A stretch of 64,000 nucleotides of DNA, taken from an uncultured Thermoleophilia bacterium (lineage in GTDB: Bacteria; Actinomycetota; Thermoleophilia; UBA2241). The notes beneath the pieces were generated by a model. That model saw nothing but the letters and a program-made list of their open reading frames with translations, did not search any database and had not been told where the DNA came from. Position 1 is the stretch's first letter, and the number at the start of each line of letters is the position of its first letter. A program made the translations under genes and the position numbers. Location: positions 69,843 through 133,842 of the forward strand of contig CAVQSP010000004.1 in assembly GCA_963715985.1 (NCBI GenBank). The letters are read 5' to 3'. Below are positions 21,890 through 32,332 of this stretch, piece by piece.

Positions 21890-23263
21890 ATGACAGACCA
21901 GGAACAAGCTGCGGCAGGCGGGGTCAAGGAGGAGTTCCTCGAGCAGCACCTCTGGCCGCCGTTCACGCAGATGCAGGGCATCAAGCCCGTGATCATGGAG
22001 CGCGCCGAGGGCTGCCTCGTCTACGACAGCGACGGCAACCAGTACATCGACGCCTTCGCCAGCCTCTGGACGGTCAACGTCGGCCACGGCCGCACCGAGA
22101 TCTACGACGCCATCAAGGCGCAGATGGAGAAGCTGGCGATCTACCACATCTTCCAGATCGCCAACGAACCGGCCATCAAGCTGGCCGCCAAGGTCGCCGA
22201 GCTGGCCCCCGGCGACCTCGACCACGTGTTCCTCACGCTGGGCGGCGGCGAGTCGGTGGAGACCGCCGTCAAGATGGCGCGGCAGTACTGGCGCAACAAG
22301 GGCAAGGGCACCAAGTACATGGTGCTGTTCCGCGACCGCTCCTATCACGGCACCACCATGACCAGCACCAGCGCCCAGGGTCTCACCGTGAACCGCGCCA
22401 AGTTCGAGCCCCTGCTGCCGGGCTTCATCAAGCTCGGCGCCCCCTACTGCTACCGCTGCTTCTGGAACAAGACCTACGGCGAAGACTGCAAGATGGAGTG
22501 CGCGAAGCAGGTCGAGCAGGAGATCACCTTCTACGGCCCCGAGAACGTCGGCACCATGCTCGGCGAGACGATGATCGGCACCGGCGGCGTGATCCCGCCG
22601 CCGCCGGAGTATTGGCCGATGGTGGGCGAGATCTGCAAGGCCAACGACGTGCTCGTCATCAACGACGAGGTCATCACGGGCTTCGGGCGCAGCGGCACCT
22701 GGTTCGGCTTTGAGCAGTTCGGCTCGGACCCGGACCTCGTCACCCTCGCCAAGGGCCTCTCCAGCGGCTACCTGCCGCTCGGCGCCGTGCTGGCGCGCGA
22801 CCACGTCTACGAAGCCTTCCTCGGCGGTCCCGGCGAGGCGTTCATGAGCGGCGCCACCTACATGGGTCACCCGCTGTGCTGCGCCGCCGGCCTCGCCAAC
22901 CTCGAGATCGTGGTGCGCGAGAAGCTGGTGGAGCGCTGCGCCGAGGTCGGGCCCTACCTTCAGGAGGGCCTGCGCACGCTGCTCAGCCATCCCATCGTCG
23001 GCGACGTGCGCGGCGTCGGCCTGGTGGCCGGCATCGAGTACGTGCAGGACAAGGCCACGCGCGAGTGGTTCGCGCCGGCCCAGGGCGTCGCCGCCAAGAT
23101 CCGCGACGAGGCCTTCAAGCGCGGCGTCTTCGTGCGCCTGCTGGGCGGCGGCCACGTGCACGCGGTCGCGCCGCCCTTCATCATCAGCACGGAACAGATC
23201 GACACCGTGGTGCGCGTCCTCGACGAGTCCATCGGCGTCGTGGAGAAGGAGCTGGGTTACTGA
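21890..23263 (+). CDS. Class III PLP-dependent aminotransferase (omega-amine transaminase type), copy 1
   Basis: LWTVNVGHGR, GGESVETA, SYHGTT, DEVITGFGRSG, PLP lysine AKGLSSGY, TYMGHP. Confidence 0.93.
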   Translation: MTDQEQAAAGGVKEEFLEQHLWPPFTQMQGIKPVIMERAEGCLVYDSDGNQYIDAFASLWTVNVGHGRTEIYDAIKAQMEKLAIYHIFQIANEPAIKLAAKVAELAPGDLDHVFLTLGGGESVETAVKMARQYWRNKGKGTKYMVLFRDRSYHGTTMTSTSAQGLTVNRAKFEPLLPGFIKLGAPYCYRCFWNKTYGEDCKMECAKQVEQEITFYGPENVGTMLGETMIGTGGVIPPPPEYWPMVGEICKANDVLVINDEVITGFGRSGTWFGFEQFGSDPDLVTLAKGLSSGYLPLGAVLARDHVYEAFLGGPGEAFMSGATYMGHPLCCAAGLANLEIVVREKLVERCAEVGPYLQEGLRTLLSHPIVGDVRGVGLVAGIEYVQDKATREWFAPAQGVAAKIRDEAFKRGVFVRLLGGGHVHAVAPPFIISTEQIDTVVRVLDESIGVVEKELGY

Positions 23264-23300
23264 CCGCCGCCTGCGGCTGAGACTTCGAGGACCCAGGAAC

Positions 23301-23406
23301 ATGAGCAAGCCAAGAGTGGGAGTGGTGGGCTACGCCCGTGACCTCGGCCACAAGCGCGCCGACATACCGCCTCGAGGCCGTCGGGCTGACCAACCAGTAC
23401 CTTGGC
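23301..23406 (+). pseudogene. Deletion scar of archaeal-type GAPDH (three joined pieces)
   Basis: MSKPRVGVVGY|ARDLGHKRAD|..RLEAVGLTNQYLG match the start, an internal segment and the end of the intact gene at 41683-42702. Confidence 0.85.
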
Positions 23407-23458
23407 CCGGGTCAGCCTGTCGCAGCGGCCGCCTGACGGACATGAAGTACTGACTCGC

Positions 23459-23698
23459 ATGTCCCCGAAGATTCGCGTGGTCACGCACGGCGGTCTCCCA
23501 GGTCCCGGGCGAACAGACTCGACCGACGACACGATCGTCGTTGACCCCGGCGCGACACTGGCAGATGTCCTGCGGGCCATCGGGATCGACCGGGGCATCG
23601 TCGGAGTCGCGACTATGGACGGCAGGTTCGTCCAACTGGATGCCGTTCTGAAGAGCGACGGCGCCATACACGTCTATCCGATCGTCGGCGGAGGTTGA
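23459..23698 (+). CDS. MoaD/ThiS-family sulfur carrier, copy 1
   Basis: About 80 aa ubiquitin-like fold, ends YPIVGGG; directly upstream of AOR. Confidence 0.82.
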   Translation: MSPKIRVVTHGGLPGPGRTDSTDDTIVVDPGATLADVLRAIGIDRGIVGVATMDGRFVQLDAVLKSDGAIHVYPIVGGG

Positions 23699-23736
23699 GT
23701 CAGCCGCCGGTTCTGTGTCAAGGAGAGGAGGTCGTG

Positions 23737-25677
23737 TTGTCTGCTCACGAAGCACCTGGGGTGTTCGGCAAGACCGTGTGGGTCGACCTCACTTCGGGTT
23801 CGGTGCACGCTGTCGAAGAGACGCCGGAGTATCATCGACGCTTCCTTGGCGGAGCGGGGGCTGCGGTCTACCAGCTACTGCGACGTTTGCAGCCCGGCAC
23901 AGACGCTCTCTCACCGGGGAATGTCCTCGTCTTCGCGCCGGGTCTTCTCACGGGGACGCAGAGTACGGCAACGCCGAGATACGTGGTCTGTGCACGCTCA
24001 CCGCTGACCGGGGCGCTGGGCAAGTCCGAGTCCAGCGGCTACTGGGGTCCGGAGATGAAGCAGGCTGGCGTGGGCGTCCTGGTTGTGACCGGTCGGGCGG
24101 TTGAGCCGTCCTACCTTCTGGTCACAGCCGATGGGGTCGAGATTCGCGAAGCGTCGCGAATCTGGGGCCTTACCACGGGCGAGGCCGAAGACATCATCAA
24201 GGATGAAGTGGGTGACCCGCGAGTGCGGGTCGCACTCATCGGTCCGGGCGGAGAACACTGCGTGCTCTATGCCGGCATTGCCAGCGATCTCACCCACTTC
24301 AACGGTCGAAACGGCCTCGGAGCGGTGATGGGTTCGAAGAACCTGAAAGCCATAGCCGTCCGCGGGGGCACGAGACTCGAAGTGCACGACCGTGACCGCA
24401 TCAAGGAGATCGCGCGGTCGACGGCTCGATTGTGTCGAGAGCATCCGCTCAGTCGCATGCTCCACGAGAAGGGTACGCCGGCCGGCCTTGAGGCCACCAA
24501 CGCGGGAGGTTCCCTTGCGACCTGCAACTGGCAGCATGCGACGTTCGACGCAGCCGACAAGATCGGCGGCGATATCCTCAACGGACGCTATCTCGTCGAG
24601 CGCGATGGGTGTTTCGCGTGTCCGGTCAAGTGCAAACGGGTGGTCTCAGTCGACAGCGAGACCATCAAGGTCGACGAGCGCTATGGCGGGCCCGAGTACG
24701 AAAGCCTTGTCGCCTTCGGGTCCAACTGCGGCGTAGATGACTTCGAAGTTGTCGCCAAGGCCAACGAGCTCTGCAACATGTTCACCCTGGACACCATCTC
24801 CACCGGGATGAGCATCTCTTTTGCGATGGCCTGCTTCGAGGACGGCATCATTGGGCGAGGAGACACAGGCGGCCTCGATGTTCGCTTCGGGGACGGCGAC
24901 GTGATGCTGACTCTGATCGAGAAGATCGCTCATCGGCGGGGCTTCGGCGACATTCTTGCCGAAGGCACCGTGCGAGCGGCCGCGAGCATCGGCCGTGGCG
25001 CAGACGCGCATGTGCTAGCAGTCAAGGGGCAGGAGCTGCCCTTCCAGGACCCGAGGGTGAAGACCGGCTTGGGGCTCCAATTCGCCCTAGCTCCGAACGG
25101 CGCGGACCACTGGTTTGCGCAGCACGACCCGCTGTACGGCACTGACACCAGCCCCGGAGTCGCGGCGCTGGCCCCCCTTGGGATGCTCGGTCCGGTGTCG
25201 CCTCTTGACATTGGCCCGGCGAAAGTACGAGTCATCAGAGAGACCAGCGTCCTCAATAGTCTGTACGACTGCCTGGGGGTCTGCATGTTCGGGGCAGTTG
25301 CCCGCAGCATGACGAGCATCAACACCTACGTTGACCTCGTCTCGGCCGCAACGGGGTGGGAGACGAGTCTGTGGGAACTGATGCAAGCGGGCGAACGCGC
25401 CCTGGCCATGTCTCGGGTCTTCAATGTGCGCGAAGGATTCGGTCCGGCCGACGACACTCTGCCCGCCTTGTTCTTCAAGCCATTCGCCGACGGCCCGTTG
25501 GCCGGCCAGAACGCTCTTGATCCAGACGAGTTCGCGGAGGCCATTCTCCTCTACTACGGGATGTCTGGATGGGATCCGGAGTCAGGGTTGCCCACGGCCG
25601 GCAAGATGGCTGAGCTCGGCTTGGACGAAGAGACGGCTGGAGGCTCGAATGTGAATCGTGCTTCGCTCTCGCAATGA
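23737..25677 (+). CDS. aor: Aldehyde:ferredoxin oxidoreductase family (W/Mo-pterin), copy 1
   Basis: RSPLTG, GRNGLGAVMGSKNLKA, CFACPVKC, GPEYE, LDTISTG, DCLGVC, YYGMSGWD; start codon approximate. Confidence 0.9.
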   Translation: MSAHEAPGVFGKTVWVDLTSGSVHAVEETPEYHRRFLGGAGAAVYQLLRRLQPGTDALSPGNVLVFAPGLLTGTQSTATPRYVVCARSPLTGALGKSESSGYWGPEMKQAGVGVLVVTGRAVEPSYLLVTADGVEIREASRIWGLTTGEAEDIIKDEVGDPRVRVALIGPGGEHCVLYAGIASDLTHFNGRNGLGAVMGSKNLKAIAVRGGTRLEVHDRDRIKEIARSTARLCREHPLSRMLHEKGTPAGLEATNAGGSLATCNWQHATFDAADKIGGDILNGRYLVERDGCFACPVKCKRVVSVDSETIKVDERYGGPEYESLVAFGSNCGVDDFEVVAKANELCNMFTLDTISTGMSISFAMACFEDGIIGRGDTGGLDVRFGDGDVMLTLIEKIAHRRGFGDILAEGTVRAAASIGRGADAHVLAVKGQELPFQDPRVKTGLGLQFALAPNGADHWFAQHDPLYGTDTSPGVAALAPLGMLGPVSPLDIGPAKVRVIRETSVLNSLYDCLGVCMFGAVARSMTSINTYVDLVSAATGWETSLWELMQAGERALAMSRVFNVREGFGPADDTLPALFFKPFADGPLAGQNALDPDEFAEAILLYYGMSGWDPESGLPTAGKMAELGLDEETAGGSNVNRASLSQ

Positions 25678-25690
25678 CGGCGCCACGTTA

Positions 25691-25900
25691 GACATCACCC
25701 CCGCCGACGAGACCATGGTCACGCATAGCAGAGGGGCGGCCGCGAGGCGCGGCATCAACACGCTCGACGACTTCGAGGGCGGCGGCAAGGTCGTCCTGTG
25801 CCGGCTAGACATCAACGCGTCGACCGAGCCCCACGCCGCGCTGATGAGCGAGCTCACTGGCTGCGACGTGGGGTCCATGGACGACGTCTGCGAGCCGGCG
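25691..25900 (+). pseudogene. Deletion scar of phosphoglycerate kinase, preceded by a small GAPDH-derived relic
   Basis: GINTLDDFEGGGKVVLCRLDINA|STEPHAALMSELTG..DDVCEPA matches PGK at 45127 with a 144-bp internal deletion; start GTG mutated to GCG at 25742. Confidence 0.82.
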
Positions 25901-25995
25901 CACGCGACTCTCTTGCTCAGCGAGACTAGCGGCGCCCGACCGCGCCGTCATGACCTGAATCGGAGCCAATGACGCACCCGAATGGAGGAACGAGC

Positions 25996-27276
25996 ATGGA
26001 CTTCTTGAAACGGCGTTCTCCTGAGCCGGTCCAGAGCGCGGCTAGCGTTCGCGAAGTGGTTGCCCGGATCATCGAGGACGTCCGAACGCGTGGACTCGAG
26101 GCAGTCAGGGAGTACTCGCGCAGCTTTGACGGCTGGGATCCCCCCTCCTTTGTCGTCGCGGAGGAGGAAATCGAGCGCGCTAGACTTGCCACGTCGCCGG
26201 ATGTCGCCTCGTCGCTGCAATTCGCACACGAGCAGATTCAGCGATTCGCAGGATTGCAGCGATCCAGCATGAGCGACATCGAGGTGGAGACCATTCCTGG
26301 CGTGGTCCTAGGACAGAAGCACATTCCCGTGGGGAGCGCAGGCGCCTACGTCCCGGGCGGCAAGTACCCCATGTTGATGTCTGCTCAGATGAGCATCCTC
26401 ACTGCGAAGGCAGCTGGAGTCCAGCGCGTCGTGGGTTGTGCGCCCCCCTATCGAGGCAACGGGATTGCGCCGGAGATGCTGTGGTCGATGTCGCTAGCTG
26501 GTGCGGACGAGATTTGGTGCATCGGTGGAGTGCAGGCGATGGCCTTGATGGCAATCGGAGCCGAAGGGTACGAGCCGGTCGATTTCCTCGCCGGTCCCGG
26601 CAACATGTACGTGGCCGAGGCGAAACGCCAACTCTATGGAGAAGTTGGCATCGATCTGCTGGCCGGTCCGACTGAGATCCTCATCATCGCGGACGAGAAC
26701 GCGGACCCGCGGTTGGTGGCGGCCGATCTTCTGGGGCAGGCGGAGCATGGCCCAACTTCCCCGGCTATTCTGGTGAGCCTGTCGCGAGATTTGGCGGGAC
26801 AGGTCCTGGAGGAGATCGAGCAGCAACTACCTGAGCTGCCGACCCGCGACGTCGCGCAGGTGTCGTGGGCAGACTGTGGAGAGATCATTGTGGTTGAGAG
26901 CCGCGACGAGGCCGTGCGGGTCTCGGACGAGTACGCTCCGGAGCATGTGGAGGTACAGACTGACCGTCCAGAGTGGTTCCTAGAACGACTTCGGAACTAC
27001 GGAACACTCTGCGCCGGCGAGGAAGCGACCATCACGTTCTCGGACAAGGCCATCGGCACCAACCACACTCTGCCCACCAGCGGCGCGGCTCGGTATACGG
27101 GCGGGCTGTGGGTCGGGAAGTTCCTGAAGACGGTGACGTATCAGAGATGCACGCGAGAGGGAGCGCTCGCGGTTGCGCCACATGCAGCGCGGCTTGCCGA
27201 TGCGGAGCACATGTTCGGCCATGCCCTGACCGCAAGACGCCGCGTCGAGAAGTACATGGAGACCGAACGCGCGTGA
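25996..27276 (+). CDS. Histidinol dehydrogenase-family NAD-dependent dehydrogenase (HisD paralog, HpsN-like clade)
   Basis: GAYVPGGKYP, GPGNMYVAEAK, AGPTE, QAEH, APEH, DKAIGTNHTLPT; no other his genes nearby. Confidence 0.85.
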   Translation: MDFLKRRSPEPVQSAASVREVVARIIEDVRTRGLEAVREYSRSFDGWDPPSFVVAEEEIERARLATSPDVASSLQFAHEQIQRFAGLQRSSMSDIEVETIPGVVLGQKHIPVGSAGAYVPGGKYPMLMSAQMSILTAKAAGVQRVVGCAPPYRGNGIAPEMLWSMSLAGADEIWCIGGVQAMALMAIGAEGYEPVDFLAGPGNMYVAEAKRQLYGEVGIDLLAGPTEILIIADENADPRLVAADLLGQAEHGPTSPAILVSLSRDLAGQVLEEIEQQLPELPTRDVAQVSWADCGEIIVVESRDEAVRVSDEYAPEHVEVQTDRPEWFLERLRNYGTLCAGEEATITFSDKAIGTNHTLPTSGAARYTGGLWVGKFLKTVTYQRCTREGALAVAPHAARLADAEHMFGHALTARRRVEKYMETERA

Positions 27277-27521
27277 CCTGATCCGGGGAGTGCGCCCGCC
27301 CGTTGTCGCTCGAGAATGCAGGGAACTGACTCGGCCGTCGAACGAGTCGCCCGGGCAACGCATGGAAGGTCAAGGCAGGGGCTCCGGCGCACGGCCGGGA
27401 GCAGTTGGAGCAACTTGCGCTCAGTCAGTCTCGGCGCAAGTTTCGGGTCAGGCGGAACCAGACAATGGATGCCGCAAGGGGCGAAAAGAGAGGCACGCAG
27501 TGAGGCAATCGCTGGGTGTAG

Positions 27522-28427
27522 TTGACTCAGTCGAGGAGCTCAAAGGCCTACCAGCCCATGGAGGACGCCGCGGTCCTCCACCCCTTCTACCGCGGCAAGA
27601 TCGAGACCACGCCCAAGTGCTGCATCCGTGACTTCCAGGACCTCGGCATCTGGTACACCCCCGGCGTGAGCAAGCCGTGCCTCGACATCCAGGAAGACCC
27701 CGAGAAGGTCTACGAGTTCACCAACAAGTGGAACACGGTGGCGGTCGTCAGTGACGGCACGCGCGTACTCGGCATGGGCGACATCGGGCCCAAGGCCGGC
27801 ATGCCGGTGATGGAGGGCAAGAGCCTCCTCTACAAACACCTCGGCGGAGTGGACGGCTTCCCACTCATGGTCGACACCAAGGACCCGGACAAGCTGATCG
27901 AGTTCGTCAAGCTCGTGCAGCCGGGGCTGGGCGGCGTGAATCTCGAAGACATCGCCCAGCCCAAGTGCTTCCGCATCCTCGACATCCCCTCGACGGTGGA
28001 GCTCGGCGGCACCGTCCGGGCGCTCGACTCAGAAGTGCGCAGCGACGTCCTGCGGCGACTCGAGCAGATCGCCTCTGGGGTGGCGGCGGCGCACGGCGCC
28101 GCCGCCCAAGTGGCGATCCAGGAGGGCTACCCGGTGCTCGTGAACGACGCGCACGCGACCGAGGTGGTGCAGGCGGCGCTCGCCACCGGCCTGCCCGAGG
28201 TCAGCCTCGTCGAGCAGCCGCCCGAGATGGGCGTCGAGGACTTCGCGGTGCTCGCAAGCCAGGTGCCCGGCTGCTACTTCTGCGTCGGCGCCGGCGACCG
28301 GGCGTGGGAGCACGCCTTCCCACACCATCATCCGAGCTTCCGCATCGACGAGCAGGCACTGCCGATCGGCGTCGCGGCCCTCAGCCACGCCGCCTTGGCG
28401 TTGCTCCGCGACGGGGCCGGCCGATGA
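27522..28427 (+). pseudogene. Chimeric ORF: malic enzyme N-terminal fragment fused to M20 amidohydrolase C-terminal fragment
   Basis: [35 protein letters not shown], then abruptly IPSTVELGGTVR, GYPVLVN, MGVEDF, PHHHPSFRIDE; junction about 27983. Confidence 0.75.
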
Positions 28428-30249
28428 GGCCCGCCGCGAACAGGTCGGGTCCGGTCCCCGAGGCGCTGCGCCGTTCTCTGGAGACCGTGGACACCGACGT
28501 CCTCGTGGTCGGCAGCGGCGGGGCCGGCTTCCGCGCCGCCATCGGCGCCCGGGAGAAGGGCGCGCGGGCACTGCTGGTGAGCAAGGGTCCGCTGGCGCGC
28601 TCCGGCGCCAGCCCCATGGCCGGCGCCGACCTCACCTGCCATGGACAGGGCATGCGGGCGGCGGGCTACCCCGGCGACCCGAACGACACCCCCGAGAAGT
28701 CCTTCTCCGACGTCGTCCACCACGGCTGCTGCCTGAACGACCAGCGCCTCACGGGACTGTTCATCGAGGGCGGACCGCAGCGCATGCTTGAGATGGTGCA
28801 GTGGGGCATGCGCGCCGACTCCACGGACCAGCGCGCCGTGTTCACCAAGGGCACGCACATCATGGACGTGCTGCTCAAGCAGGCACGGCGGGTAGGGGTG
28901 GACTTCCTCGAGGACGTCGCGGTCCTGGAGCTCGTGCGCGACGGCGACGGTCTCGTGGTGGGCGCCCTCGCCCTCGACATCCCCCGCGGGCGGCTGCTGC
29001 TCGTGCGCTGCAAGGCGGTCGTCCTCGCCTCGGGCGGCTGGCACAAGGCTTACACGCCGGTCACCGGCTCGCGCGAGCTGACCGGCGACGGCGTCGCCAA
29101 GGCGGTGCGCGTTGGGGCCGAGTGCACGGACATGGAGTTCGTCACCTTCGCCTGCCACACCCCCTACTGGCCGCTCGACCTCCGTGGCTCGATCGCCGGC
29201 TACTACCTGGCCTTCGTCGGCGGCATCCTCGTCAACGGCGAGGGCGAGCCGGTCTTCGCCAAGTACGACCCCTGGATGATCGACCACGCAGGGCACACGG
29301 AGTGGAACAAGTGCTTCTACTCGCACGTCTCCGCCGTGGACATCCGGGCCGGCAAGACGAGCCCGCACGGCGGGGTCTTCTACCAGGTCGGCGAGGAGCC
29401 CTTCGAGGTCTACGAGGCGCGCGTCCTGGAGTGGCTGCCCGGGTGGAAGTACAAGGGCAACGACGTCTCGGTGATCCGCGACAAGCTGGTGTCGGGGGAA
29501 GGCCTGGAAGTCGGTCCAGGGGCTGAGTGCTTCGAGGGCGGCCTGTGCGTCGACGAACGCTACGCGACGAACGTCCCGGGGCTGTTCGCCGCCAGGGAGT
29601 GCGCGGCCAGCGTCTTCGGCGCCAACCGCGTCGCCGCCGCAACCATGGAGATGCTGACCACCGGCGCGATCGCGGGCTGATCGTCCGGCGAGCACGCCGC
29701 TCAGGAATCACTTCGCGCGGTGCCGGACGAGGGGCTCGGGCAGAGTCGTCGACCGGGTGCTGCGGCCGCTGGCCCGCGGCGGCTCCGCGGCGGCGAGCGC
29801 GCTCCGCGCCCGCCTGCAGGAGGCAGCCCAGGAGCTGCTCGGCCCGGTGCGCACCGCCGCCGAGCTCGAGCGCCTCTTGGCTCTGCTTGCCGAGGTCGAG
29901 CGCGACGAGCTGCCGCAGCTCGGCGCCGCGTCGCCGGAGCCGGTCTACAACAAGAGCTGGCTGGAGGCGCTCGAGGTCGAGAATACGGTCACAGTGCTGA
30001 CTCTCAGCGCGCGGGCTGCCCTGGAGCGCAGCGAGAGCCGCGGCGTGCACTACCGCGAGGACGCCCCCGTCACCGACAACGACCGCTGGCTGCGCCAGGT
30101 CATGCTGCGCAGGGAGGGCGGCGAGGTGGCGGTCCGCACGCGGCCGCTCACGATCGACCAGCATCACGCCCCAGGCCGGCTCGATGCCCTATCTGGATCA
30201 TCTCAAGCTGATGATGCAGTCGCACTCCGACACGGGGGGTGCGCATTGA
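28424..30249 (+). CDS. SdhA/FrdA/NadB-superfamily FAD-binding oxidoreductase; internal stop at 29680 and frameshifts
   Basis: DVLVVGSGGAG, VVLASGG, TGDG, TNVPGLFAA, GANR; C-terminal ESRGVHYRED in frame 29757. Confidence 0.75.
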
Positions 30250-30264
30250 GCCCCTCGGACAGGG

Positions 30265-30660
30265 GTGCGCCTGAGCGCGTGCAGCTGCGTGACGGTGAAC
30301 GTCACCGTCGCGCGCTGCGACCCGTCGCGGAGCCCCGACGTGGTCGAGCAGACGTTCCGCGTGCCGCTCGCCGAGGGCATGACCGTGCTGCACGCGCTCG
30401 ACTACATCTACGAGCATCTCGACGCCACCCTGGCCTACGGCGACCACGGCATCTGCGCTCAGGGCGTGTGCAGGCGCTGCCAGCTGCTGGTGGACGGGGT
30501 GGTAGTGCTTGCCTGCCGGCAGCGCGTGAGCGGCGACGTGCGCGTGGCGCCGCCGCCCCGGTTCAGGGTACTGAGGGATCTGGTGTACGAGCGGCGCCGT
30601 TCTGGTGGCGATGCCACGACCGGCGCGAACCGCGTCCCCGATCGGGAGGAGCGATCATGA
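30265..30660 (+). CDS. 2Fe-2S iron-sulfur protein (SdhB/FrdB N-terminal-like)
   Basis: TVLHALDYI, CAQGVCRRC, LAC, VLRDLV; start uncertain. Confidence 0.75.
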   Translation: MRLSACSCVTVNVTVARCDPSRSPDVVEQTFRVPLAEGMTVLHALDYIYEHLDATLAYGDHGICAQGVCRRCQLLVDGVVVLACRQRVSGDVRVAPPPRFRVLRDLVYERRRSGGDATTGANRVPDREERS

Positions 30661-30751
30661 CTGCGTGCGCGTCGGCGGTGACATGCCGCGGCTTCATACG
30701 CCGGTCGACGGATCTGCAGCGCTTCGCGCCTGGACCACCTCGGATCGACCC

Positions 30752-30817
30752 CACCCATACGGGCTACTCACGTCACTCCGGTCGGGTGTGGCCGGTGGTG
30801 TAGCGCAGCTCCATGAT
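30752..30817 (+). promoter_or_regulatory. Island promoter module copy 6 (now separated from the peptidase gene by an IS)
   Basis: CACCCATACGGGCTA at 30752, GGGTGTGG at +32, CATGAT at +60. Confidence 0.6.
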
Positions 30818-30919
30818 TCGTGGGATAGCCTCCGAGCTGCCTCCCCCCGGCGGGGCCGGGATCCCCCTGACCGGCCCCGCCGCCCTTGTCTTGGCTACCG
30901 CCGCGGGTGGCGCGGCTAG

Positions 30920-32273
30920 CAGGCTGCTGAAGAAGCGGGCTTGAGGGAGCACCGGTCCCGAGCGGAGCCGCAGTCGGCCGTCGGCGGGTCGACCTGAGGT
31001 CCTGTCGGGCTGTCAGCGAAGGCCCGTTCGCGCCGTTCCTGGCCCCTTTGCCTTACGCCGGGGCCGGCTCCGCCAGCAGCTTTCGCAAGCGCACCAGGTT
31101 GTAGGCGGCGCAGCTGAAGGCGAAGATGGCGGACGCCTTGCCCTTGCCGCGGTGGCGCAGCTTGGCGAGGCCGCCGACCGTCTTCATCCAGCCGAAGGGC
31201 TCCTCGACCAGCTTGCGCCGGCGCTGGCTCGTGGCGTAGCCGTCGTGCCTTGTCGTGCGCCTGTCGATCGCGCTGAAGCGGTCCTTGGCGGCGACGTGCG
31301 GCGTGATCTTCAGGGCGCGCACGTCGGCGACGAAGTCCTTCGTGTCGTAGCCGCGGTCGGCACCGACGCTCATGCGCCTGCGTCCGCGAGCGGCGGCGCT
31401 GGCGCGCCAGGAGCCGCAGGCCGGCCTCGCGCTCGGCGCTGCCGGTGGCCTCGGTCAGCTCGCAGTCGACGATGAGGCCGTGGCGGTTCTCGGTCAGGCT
31501 GTGGCCGGCGTAGCAGAGCTTGGCCGCCTGGCTGTTCCCCTTGCGCGCGAGGCGCGCCTCGGGGTCGGTCGTGGAGCGGTGGGTCGCGTTCGAGCGCTTC
31601 TGCCCGCGCCAGTCGACCTCGGGGTTGCGGCCGCCGGGCCGGGGCGGCGCCTCGTCATCCCCGCCCTCTTCGATCGGGCGCAGGCTCTTCAGCGCGGCGG
31701 CCGCCTCGATGAGCGTGCCGTCGAGGCTGAAGTGCTCGCGGGACGAGCAGCTTGTGCGCCTCGGCCTGGGCGCGGATCGCGCAGAAGAAGGCCTCGGCGA
31801 CGGCGGCGGTGAGCAGGCGGTCGCGGTTCTTCGTGAAGGTGGTCGGATGCCAGACCGGCTCGTCCATCGGCAGGCCGACGAACCAGCGCAGGAGCAGGTT
31901 GTAGCTGCAACTGCTCGACCAGGCGGCGCTCGGAGGGGATGGCGTAGAGGATCTGCACGAGCTGGGCGCGGAGCAGGTACTCGGGGGCGACCGAGGGGCG
32001 GCCGCCGGAGGCGTAGAGGGCCTCGAGCTCGGGGCTCATCTCCTCGAGCGCGGCGTCGACCATCGCGCGGATGGAACGCAAGGGGTGGTCCTCCGGCACG
32101 ACGTCCTCGAGCGTGGTCATGACGATGAACCCGGCCTGCCGCTCCTCGCCTCCGCGCATCGCTGCCCTCCTCCGGCTCGCCTGCCTGGCACAGTAGCAGG
32201 TTCACTGGGCCGTGCGGGGCCTCCTGCGGAAGGTTCCCGGTGAGCTTGAGACGGGGCGTATTTCAGCAGCCTG
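30920..32273 (-). mobile_element. IS5-family insertion sequence (1354 bp)
   Basis: Terminal inverted repeats CAGGCTGCTGAA / TTCAGCAGCCTG; CTAG target duplication at 30916-30919 and 32274-32277; transposase inside. Confidence 0.9.
31053..32159 (-). CDS. IS5-family DDE transposase (split by several frameshifts)
   Basis: VPEDHPLR, GRPSVAPE, FTKNRDRL, HFSLDGTLIEA, STTDPEARL, GADRGYD, VEEPFGWMK across frames. Confidence 0.85.
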
Positions 32274-32332
32274 CTAGAGGCCGATGAGCGAGCGCGTCGC
32301 TCTGATAGACCGACGCGCCGGGAAGGAGAGCG

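Noticed and set aside
29678-29680. In-frame TGA in the flavoprotein as selenocysteine
   Set aside because: The position is not a conserved Cys site in this family, I see no convincing SECIS hairpin, and nearby frameshifts suggest sequence error or decay
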